The translations under genes were made by a program, and so were the position numbers. This document shows, piece by piece, positions 37,857 through 47,474 of a DNA stretch of 64,000 bases; within the stretch, counting starts at the first letter, position 1; each line of letters begins with the position of its first letter. Below the pieces are notes generated by a model. The model had not been told where the DNA came from. It ran no database searches and saw nothing but the letters and a program-made list of their open reading frames with translations. The stretch spans positions 1-64,000 of the forward strand of contig CAVXGR010000009.1 of the NCBI GenBank assembly GCA_963761335.1, given 5' to 3'. This stretch comes from an uncultured delta proteobacterium (GTDB lineage: Bacteria; Desulfobacterota; Binatia; HRBIN30; BPIQ01).

Positions 37857-39407
37857 TCAGATCGCCCGCTGGCGGCCCTTCCAGTAGGGGTCGCGCAGCT
37901 TGCGCTTGTAGAGCTTGCCGTTGGGATCGCGCGGCATGACCTCGATGAAGTCGATCGAGCGCGGGCACTTGTACTTGGCGGCGTTCGCGGCGCAGAAGGC
38001 GAGGATCTCGTCGGCCAGCGCCGGCCCGGGCTCGACGCCGGCGGCCGGCTCGATCACCGCCTTCACCTCCTCACCCCAGTCCTCGTGCGGAATGCCGAAG
38101 ACGGCGGCGTCGGCGACCTTGGGATGCGTGAGCAGGACCGACTCCACCTCCGCCGGGTAGATGTTGACACCGCCGGAAATGATCATGTCGGTCTTGCGGT
38201 CGCAGAGGAACAGGTAGCCCTCCTCGTTGAGATAGCCGACGTCGCCGACGGTGAAGAAGCCCTCGCGGCGGTTGGCCTCGGTCTTCTCCTTGTCGCGGTG
38301 ATACTCGAAGTCCGCCTGCCCGAGCGCCATGTACACCGTGCCGATCTTCCCCGTGGGAACGTCCTTGCCCTCGTCGTCGAGGACGCGGATCTCGGCACCC
38401 GGCCAGGCGCGGCCGACGGTCCCCGGGTAGCGGAGCCACTCCTCGGGGGTCACCAGCGTGCCGCCGCCCTCACTGGCGGCATAGTACTCGTAGATCACCG
38501 GCCCCCACCACTCGAGCATGCGGCGCTTCACGTCGACCGGACAGGGCGCCGCGGCGTGGATCATGTGGCGCAGCGAGGAGACGTCGTAGCGCGCCTTCAC
38601 CTCTTCCGGCAGCGCCAGCAACCGGTGGAACTGCGTCGGCACCATGTGGCTGGTGGTCACCCGATACTTCTGGATCTTCTCCAGGCAGGTCTCCGGCGTC
38701 CACTTGTCCATCAGCACCACCGTGTGGCCGTAGTGCAGCGCCGAGGCGGTGAACATGAGCACCGCGGTGTGGTACAGCGGCGAGCCGGTCAGATGCACCT
38801 CGTCGCCGCCCGGCGGGACGCCAAACATCGCCAGGAACATGGCGTACATGGAGAAGACCATGTCGGGGTCGAAGGGGACCAGCGGCCGGCGCACCCCTTT
38901 CGGACGGCCGGTGGTTCCCGAGGTGTAGTTCATCACCTGGCCGGCGCTGCGCTCCGCCGGCAGTGACGAGGGCTGTCCCTCTTTCAGCGAATCGAAAGAC
39001 TGGAAGCCGGAAACAGTGCCAACCGCGAAACGCGCCTCGGCCGGCAAGCCGATCTCCTCGGCGGCGCCGGTACAGGCGGCGGCAAAGCGCTCGGCGCCGA
39101 CGAACGCCTTGGCCTCGGAGTCGCGCACGATGTAGGCGATCTCGGCTGCGGTCAGGTGATGATTGATCGGCGTCAGGTACCAGCCGGCCTGCGCCGCTGC
39201 CAGATAGAGCTCGATCATCGCGGCGCCGTTGGGAAGCACGGCGGCGATGCAGTCCCCGGAGCGCAGGCCGCGGGCGCGCAGGCCGTGCACCAGCTGATTG
39301 GCGCTGGCCAGGAGCTCGCCCGCGGAGATCTCTCTCTCATTGGGAGTCACCAGCGCCAGGCGCTCACCGTCGCGCTGCGCCAGGTTCCAGAAGCCGTATT
39401 CCGACAT
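37857..39407 (-). CDS. acyl-CoA synthetase
   Basis: YTSGTTGRPKGV, HAAAPCP, EYYAASEGG, ISGGVNIYPAEVE, PRDPNGKLYK. Confidence 0.95.
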   Translation of the reverse strand: MSEYGFWNLAQRDGERLALVTPNEREISAGELLASANQLVHGLRARGLRSGDCIAAVLPNGAAMIELYLAAAQAGWYLTPINHHLTAAEIAYIVRDSEAKAFVGAERFAAACTGAAEEIGLPAEARFAVGTVSGFQSFDSLKEGQPSSLPAERSAGQVMNYTSGTTGRPKGVRRPLVPFDPDMVFSMYAMFLAMFGVPPGGDEVHLTGSPLYHTAVLMFTASALHYGHTVVLMDKWTPETCLEKIQKYRVTTSHMVPTQFHRLLALPEEVKARYDVSSLRHMIHAAAPCPVDVKRRMLEWWGPVIYEYYAASEGGGTLVTPEEWLRYPGTVGRAWPGAEIRVLDDEGKDVPTGKIGTVYMALGQADFEYHRDKEKTEANRREGFFTVGDVGYLNEEGYLFLCDRKTDMIISGGVNIYPAEVESVLLTHPKVADAAVFGIPHEDWGEEVKAVIEPAAGVEPGPALADEILAFCAANAAKYKCPRSIDFIEVMPRDPNGKLYKRKLRDPYWKGRQRAI

Positions 39408-39419
39408 CAGAAGGTCTCC

Positions 39420-40604
39420 TCACTGCCGCGGCAGCCCGAGGATCCGCTGTGCGATCAGGTTGCGCTGGATCTCCGAGGTGCCGCCCATGATCGTCTCCGA
39501 AGGCGCGTAGAGGAACTCGCGGCCGATCAGTCCGCCCTCCGGGGCGCGGGCGCCCTCGTAGACGGTGCCGACGGGCCCGAGGATCTCCATCGCCAGCCGC
39601 TGCAGGCGCTGATCGGTCTCGCTGCCGAGCACCTTCTCGATCGAGCTCTCGACGCCCGGCTGTCCGCTGCGCAGCAGACGCGTCAGGCTGCGATAGCCGA
39701 CCAGGCGCAGGAGCTCGACCTCGATGAAGGCCTGCGCCAGCCCCTGGCGGGCAAGCGGGTCGGCGAGCCTCGCGGCGCCGTCGCGCCGCAGGCGCACGAG
39801 GCGCTCGAGGCTGCGGCGGATACGCCGCTGAAAGGTGAAGGTCCACACCGGGCCGCGCTCGTGCGCCAGGATGCCCATGGCCACCTGCCAGCCGCTGCCG
39901 GCGGTGCCCACCAGGCGGTCGGCGGGCACGCGGACGTTCTCGAAGAAGACCTCGCAGAACTCGGCGTCGCCGGTCATCTGCTTGAGCGGCCGCACGCTGA
40001 TGCCGGGATCGCGCATGTCGACGAGGAGGAGGCTGAGCCCCTTGTGCTTGGGCGCCTCCAGCTCGGTGCGGCAGAGGAGAAAGCACCGGTCGGCGATGTC
40101 GGCGTGGCTGGTCCACACCTTCTGGCCGTTGACCACGAAGACGTCGCCGTCGCGCTCGGCGCGGGTGCGCAGCGAGGCGAGGTCGGAGCCGGCGCCGGGC
40201 TCGGAGAAGCCCTGGCACCAGAGGTCGCCGCCGGAGAGCAGCGGCCGCAGGAAGCGCTGCCGCTGCTCGTCGGTGCCGTGGTGCAGGATCGCCGAGCCGA
40301 TCAGGTCGACGGCGCCGCTGCTGGCGATCGGGCGCGGCGCGCCGATGCGGTCGAGCTGCTCCTCGAAGAGCCAGCGCTCGATCACGGTGGCGCCGCGGCC
40401 GCCGTTCTCGCGCGTCCACGAGATCGCCGCCCAGCCGCCCTCGAAGAGCCGCCGCTGCCACTCGCGGGCGATCTCCAGCCACAGCGGGTCCTCGGCGCGC
40501 GACCAGCAGTGATCGCGCCGCCACTCCGGCGGTACGTTCGTCTCGAGCCACGCCCGCGCCTCCTCGGCAAAGGCCAACTCCTTCTCGGAAAAGGAAAAAT
40601 CCAT
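39420..40604 (-). CDS. acyl-CoA dehydrogenase
   Basis: WCQGFSEPGAGSDLASL, NGQKVWTS, EFCEVFF, TIMGGTSEIQRN. Confidence 0.95.
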   Translation of the reverse strand: MDFSFSEKELAFAEEARAWLETNVPPEWRRDHCWSRAEDPLWLEIAREWQRRLFEGGWAAISWTRENGGRGATVIERWLFEEQLDRIGAPRPIASSGAVDLIGSAILHHGTDEQRQRFLRPLLSGGDLWCQGFSEPGAGSDLASLRTRAERDGDVFVVNGQKVWTSHADIADRCFLLCRTELEAPKHKGLSLLLVDMRDPGISVRPLKQMTGDAEFCEVFFENVRVPADRLVGTAGSGWQVAMGILAHERGPVWTFTFQRRIRRSLERLVRLRRDGAARLADPLARQGLAQAFIEVELLRLVGYRSLTRLLRSGQPGVESSIEKVLGSETDQRLQRLAMEILGPVGTVYEGARAPEGGLIGREFLYAPSETIMGGTSEIQRNLIAQRILGLPRQ

Positions 40605-40665
40605 CGGCGCGATCCCTCTCTCGTCGGCTCCGCAGGACGCGGCGCAGAAGCCGTCATTCCGTCGA

Positions 40666-40684
40666 ACAAACGTTCGTTTGTCAA
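40666..40684 (-). promoter_or_regulatory. palindromic operator overlapping the -35 box of the acyl-CoA dehydrogenase/ligase/ADH operon
   Basis: ACAAACG-TT-CGTTTGT (40666-40681) overlapping minus-strand TTGACA (40679-40684). Confidence 0.6.
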
Positions 40685-40788
40685 GGGAGTCGGAACGCGA
40701 AGTAGTGGACCTTGAGATCAACCGCGTTTCGTCTCAAAACCATACCAATGAAAAAACCTTACGACCTAAACTTGGGCTGGGGAATCGT

Positions 40789-41007
40789 GCCGCGAAGCGG
40801 CGCAGGCATGTAGCCCCGGGTCGGAGACCCGGGGATCCCGGGTCCGCCTTCCCCGATGCGCCCCGCCAGGGGCGCGGGCGTGCAACCCCGGATGCAGAGG
40901 CCTGTGTCAAAACCGCGCCGGCGCCCCTGGCGGGGCGCCAACGGACGTCGACTTCGGGATCCCCGGGTCTCCGACCCGGGGCTACACGCCTGCGCCCCTC
41001 CGGGGCG
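40789..41007. repeat. GTAGCCCCGGGT-type REPIN/palindromic element without the 420-bp element ends
   Basis: GTAGCCCCGGGTCggaGACCCGGGG ... CCCCGGGTCtccGACCCGGGGCTAC with GCCCCnnnGGGGC flanks; 40880-41007 has an inverted homolog at 52424-52551. Confidence 0.82.
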
Positions 41008-41210
41008 AATGATCTCCGAGCTCCAGGCCACAGATGCAACCTGGGGAAGTCGGGTTCAACTCAACGAAGCGGGGGTTGTGGTGGATCGAAGTTGACCGCG
41101 TTTCGTTTCAAAATCCCCCAGTACCAGAACGCGGCCGGCCCGGCCGCTGTGGCCGTGTACTTTCTGCCGCCCCGGTGTATACGAAGTCCGCACCACAAGA
41201 GAAGATGCAC

Positions 41211-44200
41211 ATGGATCGAGCGCACGTGGAGGCGACGGTGCGAGCGGATGGTCTGGGGCATTTCCCACCGCACGCAGGATTCCGGCTCGAAGTTGGCCGC
41301 CGCCGCGTACCTCCGCTGGCGACCCTCCTCATCCTCGTCTCGGTGCTCGGCTTCGCGCCGTCGTTTGCCGATGCGGCGGCGGTGCACTTCGATAACGACT
41401 GCGGCACCAAGAGCTGGTTTGGCAGCTGCTTCGGCGGCACCAAGACGAACTGGGACAACGACGGCATGCCCGGCGCGGGCGACGACGTGACCATCGACTT
41501 CGGAACGGGTCCGGTCAGCGCCGGAGCCGGCGGCGGAACGTTCCTCAGTGTCAAGAGCTTGCACGCGCTGGGGGGCTGAAGCTCGGCAGCGTCGATCTTG
41601 TCCTGCTGTTGGATCCGTCCGACGTCACCGGGCTCGATTGGGGAGATGCCCTCATCACCAGCTCCGCGACCGGCTCCGTACCGGCGCTGACGATCAGGGG
41701 AGACAGCACCTGGCGCAACAACGGAGGCCTGCAGGGCGTCACCGCCGCGTCGACTCTCTTCCGCAACGAAGGAACGCTTGACGGCACAGGCGTCGGCAGC
41801 ATCGAGAGCGCGCGCCTCGAGAATGCCGGCGACTTCGTGCAGCAGGGATCGGAGCTGGAGCCCCATCCGACGGTTGACATTCAGAACGCGATGAACTGGA
41901 CCCTCAACAACTCGACCATCCAGAAATTTGAAATGGGGACCCCGATACGGCGAGATTGGACAACGCCGGCGTGTTGCGCAACGCCAGCGGCTCGAGCACG
42001 ATCTCCGTCGTCTTCGCCTCCGACCCCCGGGAACGATCGACGTCGCCGGCGGCACGCTGAGCTTCAAAGGCCAGACGTTCTTCGGCACGCCCATCTCGAT
42101 CGCCAGAGGGGCGAAGCTCCTATCGGAGGCGCCGGCGAGCGCGGAGCAGACCTTTCTCGGGGCGGTGGCCCTCAGCGGCGAAGGGCAGCTGGAGTTGAAG
42201 GGCGCGGCGGGTTTCCGCCATCGAATCGGCAAAACACTCACGAACGGGCTCAGTGGGGCGGGCAGCTTGCTCCTGCACGAGGTCGACATGGAGATCGATC
42301 CGAGGTATGCTGATCAATCCCGGCCTGCTCCTCTGGGGGGCGGTCGATCCCAGTCGGCCTTCCGGCGCGGTCCAGGGCGACGGGAGCATCGTGAATCTCT
42401 CCGGCGCGCAGCTGAAAATCGACACCGGCCCCGCGACGCTCGGTGTCGCTTTCGACAACAGGGCACGGTCGCGCAGAACGCTTCTGGCGGTCGACTCCGG
42501 GGTATGTCACGAACGAAGGCCAGTGGACGCTGAACGGCGCGGTCTCGTCCGACGAGGCCGGCCTCTCCGGCAAGTTTCGCAATATCGCGGACGTCACTGC
42601 CACCGGGACTTCGACGATCGCGCTGCCCTTCGACGAAGAGAACATGGGCAAGCTCGTCGTTCCGGAAAAGGCGATCCTGATTCTGCGAGGCGGCGGGACA
42701 TGGGCGAGGAGAACCCACTGCAGGTCCTGGGAACCGCCTATCTCGATGGCTCGGTGGGGGGCCTGCCAAAGGAATATCGCGTCGAGGGAAACGCCAAGTT
42801 CTGCGGATCTACGTGAGCCGCATTCCCCTTCCTGGGTTGATCGGGATTCGGAGCAAGGCGACGCTGCGCGTCGACGACTCGCTCGACAACGATGTGCCGG
42901 TGGCGCTGACGGGCGGCACGATCAGCGGGCCCGGGCAGCTCACTCAGCGCAACGTAAAGCTGGAAGCGGTGTCTGGGCGGCTCGGAGTGTCCGGCGCCGG
43001 TCTCAAGCTGCTGATCGCCCCGGGTGAGGTCGAGATCGGCGGGAGCATTCCCCTCAACGGGTCCCTTCTGAACGACGGCGTAGTGGACTTTCTCGCCGGC
43101 GCCAGTCTTACCCTCGAAGACAACTCCCTGGTCGACAACGGAACTTCCTGAGCCTGGCCGGGGGTAATACCATCGACGGCGTCGGCATGATGGGAAACTC
43201 GATAGTTGTTCCACGGCACGCTATGGAGGGGGTGGTGAAAGTGTGATTCGGGTGCCCTTCGACAACCCAGGCCTCGTCGAGGTGCTGAGCGGCACCCTCG
43301 ATCTCGCCGGTGGCGTCAATCAAGTCGAGGGCAACGTCCTCACGGGCGGCGGGTGGACCATCTATACCGGTGCGACACTGAAGCTCGTCAACGCCGTAAT
43401 CGACACGCTCGGTCCGGAAGCAGACGTCACCCTGGGTGCCAACGACGTGGACGGGTCGGCGTTCCAGCACCTGCGCCGCATCGAGGGGAAGGTCACGGTT
43501 CTGGAGGCGCTGGAGGCCCCCGACTTCTCGATCGCGCCGGGCGGGTGGGCCCTGACCAAGCACCTGCAGGACGGCAAGAGCCGGCCGCGGCAGGCGGTGC
43601 CGATGGCGCAGGGAGCACGCATCGCCCGGGCGACGAGCCCGGTCCCCGTCGACGCCGGAGATCAACTTCGAGCTCAGCGGCGGACAGTTCCTGAACGAAG
43701 GATGGGTCATGCCCGGCGATGCCGGCGACTTCGCCTCCTTCGGCATCGACGGCGACTACACCCAGACCGGGACGGGCAGCCTCCTCCTCGACGTCGGCGC
43801 CGACCTGCACGATCAGCTTTACGTGACGGGGAACGCGACGCTCGCCGGCAACCTGGAGGTCACGCTCCTCGGCGGCTACGTCCCGCAGCCGGGAGACACC
43901 ATCGTCGCCGTCACCGCCGGATCTCTGAGCGGCAAGTTCGACAACGCGGTGGACCGACTCTTCGTCAACGGCGGCGCCTTCGACGTGACCTACACGGGCA
44001 CCAGCGTCGTGCTCTCCGGCTTCGATGCGAGCGCCGTCAGTCCGACGCCCAGCCCGACGGCGCCGGGAGGCGGCACGACAACGCCGACGTGGACTCCGAA
44101 TTCGAGCGCCAGCCCGACGCCGACGCCGAACGCGACGCAGCCCGCCGGCACGCCCTCGCCGCCGACACCGACGCCGACGCCGCGGCCGGCGGACGTCAAC

Positions 44201-44347
44201 CTCGACGGCACCGTCGACGGCGACGACCTCGATCTGCTCATCACCCGCATCTTCGACGGTGCCGACCCGGGAGCAGCCGACGTCAACGGCGACGGCGGAG
44301 CCTCGGCGGCGGACATCCCGGCGTGGTTCTCGAAGGCGCAGGAGTAG
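41211..44347 (+). pseudogene. large secreted beta-repeat protein with Pro/Thr linker and dockerin-like C-terminus, broken by many frameshifts
   Basis: Signal peptide, NWDNDGMPGAGDDVTI, repeated GTIDVAGGTL/GLVEVLSGTL, GDYTQTGTGSLLLDV...DQLYVTGNATLAGNL, PTPTPTP, DVNLDGTVDGDDL...DVNGDGGASAADI across about nine ORF pieces. Confidence 0.75.
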
Positions 44348-44462
44348 CTCCGGAAGGCGCCGAAAGTCGATGCGCACCTCGCCGTCCGGCGCCGGTTTCG
44401 CCCTGGGTTCAGCCGAATCGGTTCTTGCCAACATCACGGCGCGACCTTAGAGTGCGTCATCC

Positions 44463-45029
44463 ATGCCGGCGATCATCGGGATTTCGGGGGCGCTGCGACG
44501 CGCCTCGTACAATGCGGCGCTGCTGGGCGCTGCCGTCGAGCTGGCCCCCAAAGACCTTGCAATCGAAGTCGCCTCGATCCGGGGAGTGCCATTGTACGAC
44601 GGTGATCTGGAGGCGGAGCACGGCATCCCCGATGCGGTAGGTGCGCTGAAGGACCGCATCGCCGCCGCCGACGGGCTGTTGCTCGTCACCCCCGAGTACA
44701 ACAACTCCATTCCCGGGGTATTCAAGAACGCCATCGATTGGCTCTCGCGCCCCGCGCAGGACATCGCGCGCGTCTTCGGCGGCAAGCCCGTGGCTCTCAT
44801 GGGCGCGACCCCCGGGCCGGGCGGAACGGCGCTCGCCCACGCGGCGTGGCTGCCGGTGCTGCGCACGCTCGGCACCCAGACCTGGTTCGGCCCGCGCTTG
44901 TACGTGTCGAATGCGGCAAAGGTATTCGATGCGGACGGTCGCCTCGCCGACGAGAAGATTCGCACTTCGGTTGCCAAGTATCTCGCCGGGTTCTCCGAGT
45001 TCATCGGGCGCGTCGGCGGCCACACCTGA
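44463..45029 (+). CDS. NADPH-dependent FMN reductase (ChrR/SsuE-like)
   Basis: GISGALRRASYN, TPEYNNSIPGVFKNAIDWLSRP. Confidence 0.93.
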   Translation: MPAIIGISGALRRASYNAALLGAAVELAPKDLAIEVASIRGVPLYDGDLEAEHGIPDAVGALKDRIAAADGLLLVTPEYNNSIPGVFKNAIDWLSRPAQDIARVFGGKPVALMGATPGPGGTALAHAAWLPVLRTLGTQTWFGPRLYVSNAAKVFDADGRLADEKIRTSVAKYLAGFSEFIGRVGGHT

Positions 45030-45213
45030 TTCCGCCGGCGCCGGCACGCCAAACGGTACGGCCATCTGCGACATCGGCGCCTACGAGGCCGAGTTCGCCT
45101 CCGCCGCTCCGGCGCTTCGCACTCCCGGCCTGGCACTCCTCGTCCTGCTCCTGGCCGGCAGCGCACTCGTGTTCATGCGGCGACCTCGCACCGTATCCGT
45201 CTTGCGGGAGTGA
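45030..45213 (+). pseudogene. orphan C-terminal fragment of a surface protein (CDIGAYE motif plus membrane sorting tail)
   Basis: GTPNGTAICDIGAYEAEF...APALRTPGLALLVLLLAGSALVFMRRPR with no start of its own. Confidence 0.5.
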
Positions 45214-45223
45214 GCGCCTTCAC

Positions 45224-46397
45224 CTACAGCGCGCGGCCGATGATGCTCGCGGAGGCGCGCACTGCGGCGGTGAACGCGAAGAAGAGACCGAAGTCGCGGG
45301 CTGCCGGCAGACTGGTAACGAACAGGCCGGGAACGGTCGTCTGCAGGGAGTCGTCGAGCACGGGGAAGCCGTCGCGGCACTGGACTCGATCGAGCAGATT
45401 CCCAGCCGCCAGCAGCGGCACGCTCGGAAAATTGACCTTGTACCCGGTTGCATAGAGCACGTGATCGACGTCGACCTCCCCGCCGTCGTCGAGGTGGACC
45501 CGCAACGCGTCTCCTCTTCGCTCGCATCCTGCGATACGTGTTCCGGGACGGATGGTGATTGCCTGGTGACGGACCCGCGGTCCCAGCCAAGGCTCCAGCT
45601 TCAGGCGTCCCTCCGCCCAGAAGCGCGCGTTCAACGACTCGCGCTCGGCCTCCGGCAAGGCGCGATACCAGCCGGGCTCGCCGGCGATGCGGCGAAGCAG
45701 CGGCGCCACCCACGACCAGTCCGAGGCGGCAAAAGCGGGCGTGGCGTGCCGATGGCACACGTGGACGGCCTCTGCCCCGGCCTCCGCGATCAGCGCCGCG
45801 AGCTCAAAGGCGCTCTGCCGTCCTCCGACAATGAGAAGGCGCTGCCCGGCGAAGCGGGCGGGAGCGACACAGTCGCAGCTGTGCGAGCTGTAGCCGGCCG
45901 GCACCAGTCGCCGCCAGCTCCTCGGGAGTGTGGGCGAACGGAGCGAAGCCCAAGGCGAGCAGGACGCGGTCTGCCGCCAGCACGGTGGCGTCGTCGAGCG
46001 TCGCCCGAAAACGACCGTCGCTGCGGTCGAGCCGCGTCACCCGCTGCGGCCGCATCCGGATGCCCTTCACCTGCTGGAACCACTCCGCGTACTCCATGTA
46101 GAGGTCGAGGGAGAGTGGCTCGGCGGCGGCAGGCGTGGCGCCGCGGGTTTCGAGAAAGCGCTCCAGGGTGTCGCGCTCGGCCGGGTCCAGATGCCAGTCG
46201 CAGCCGGAGCGGAGCAGCATTCCGGCCGGCATGTGGTTCTTCCAGAAGGACATCGGCTGCCCGATCACGACGTGCTCGACGCCAAGCTGCCGCGCATGGG
46301 CGGCCATGGCGAGGCCGAACGGTCCTGCACCGATGATGAGAAGATCGGTGTGCTCGCTGAGTCGGCTGGATCCATGCCTCTGATTCGTGCTCGGCAT
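45224..46397 (-). pseudogene. FAD/NAD(P)-binding oxidoreductase split by a frameshift near 45905
   Basis: IIGAGPFG and FWKNHMPAGMLLRS in one frame; IVGGRQSAFE, ATGYKV, TTVPGLF in the next. Confidence 0.75.
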
Positions 46398-46443
46398 TGC
46401 GTGTCACCTCATCGCGCCCCAGAGAGGCCGGCCGGCGATCCGA

Positions 46444-46881
46444 TCAGGCCTCGCGGACGACTTCGGCCATCCAGCTCCGAATCTGGCGACTGAACTCGGA
46501 GAAACGAGCGGGCGCCTTTGTGAGGTGCTCGGAGACCCGCTCCGGATCGATGCGCAGGTAGCCGTGAACGAGGACGTTCCGAAAGCCGCCCAGCCCCTTC
46601 AGATCCCGGCGCAGGGCATCGTCGATCACGCCGCGCGCCGCCAGCTGAATGATGATGTCCTCGTAGTCCTTGGCCGTCACTCCGAAGTGCGCGCTCAGGA
46701 TATGGTTGCCGATGTCGAGGATCGTCTCCGCCCCAAGCTGCAGCCCGCGTTCCGCCATCCACGCCTCGCGGAAGTTGCTGCGCAGTGTGCTGGCATTCAA
46801 TTGTCCCGCCGACTCCAGATTCGAGACCACCTCCTCCAGCTTCAGGAGGCGCTCGCGCACGGCATCAGGACGCAGAACCAC
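46444..46881 (-). CDS. HEPN (DUF86/HepT-like) ribonuclease toxin
   Basis: ERGLQLGAETILDIGNHI and the RX4HXY motif FRNVLVHGY. Confidence 0.9.
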   Translation of the reverse strand: MVLRPDAVRERLLKLEEVVSNLESAGQLNASTLRSNFREAWMAERGLQLGAETILDIGNHILSAHFGVTAKDYEDIIIQLAARGVIDDALRRDLKGLGGFRNVLVHGYLRIDPERVSEHLTKAPARFSEFSRQIRSWMAEVVREA

Positions 46882-47313
46882 GGCAGCGATCCTCGATGCG
46901 TTGCCCGGTCAGCCGCCACTGCTCCTCGAGAAACGGCTTGAAGTCCCAGTAGCGCGCCCGCGCCCGGATGATGAACTCCGTCTCCACGTCGGGCGAGCGC
47001 GCGTACAGGCAGCGGCCGGTGTCGGCAACTTCATGCGCCAGAACGATAGAGGCGCCGTTCAGCGACACCAGATCGACCGGCATTCCGCCGGCGGCATCGA
47101 CGGCATCGGCGCGAAGTCGCATCAGCTCATCGAACGACAGAGCCGGCTCGCTCAGTACCGCCAGATCGATGTTCCCAACCTGGGAACGCTCCTCATCGGC
47201 GGTCGAGCCGAACAGTAGACGAGCTGAACATGGGAGTCGGAAGCGAGCCGAGCGGCGGCAAGCTGTGCCGCTTCCCGAGCCTCCCTGCCGCTGAGTCGAT
47301 GTGGACTGACCAT
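46865..47313 (-). pseudogene. minimal nucleotidyltransferase (MntA-like antitoxin), 1-nt frameshift near 47215
   Basis: MVSPHR...VQLVY then LFGSTADEERSQVGNIDLAVL...VDLVSLNGASIVLAHEV; a single C is missing at TAC-(C)TG. Confidence 0.8.
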
Positions 47314-47474
47314 CCGCTTCTCACCTATCACAGGTCCAACGCGGCGGCGAAGCCGGAGCTGAACTCCGACGGGCGCGTCCGCCGGCCGATCAACGCCAGT
47401 GTTGGGTGCTCTCTGGCTTGCGCCCTCCTATCGGCGCTGCCCAGACGCCAGCAACTTGACGACTTGACCGCCCG

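Noticed and set aside
40721..41113. 19-bp near-direct repeat ACCGCGTTTCGTYTCAAAA (40721-40739, 41095-41113) as att sites or a TSD
   Set aside because: No integrase is present and the boundaries do not coincide with the enclosed repeat; not interpretable from this window.
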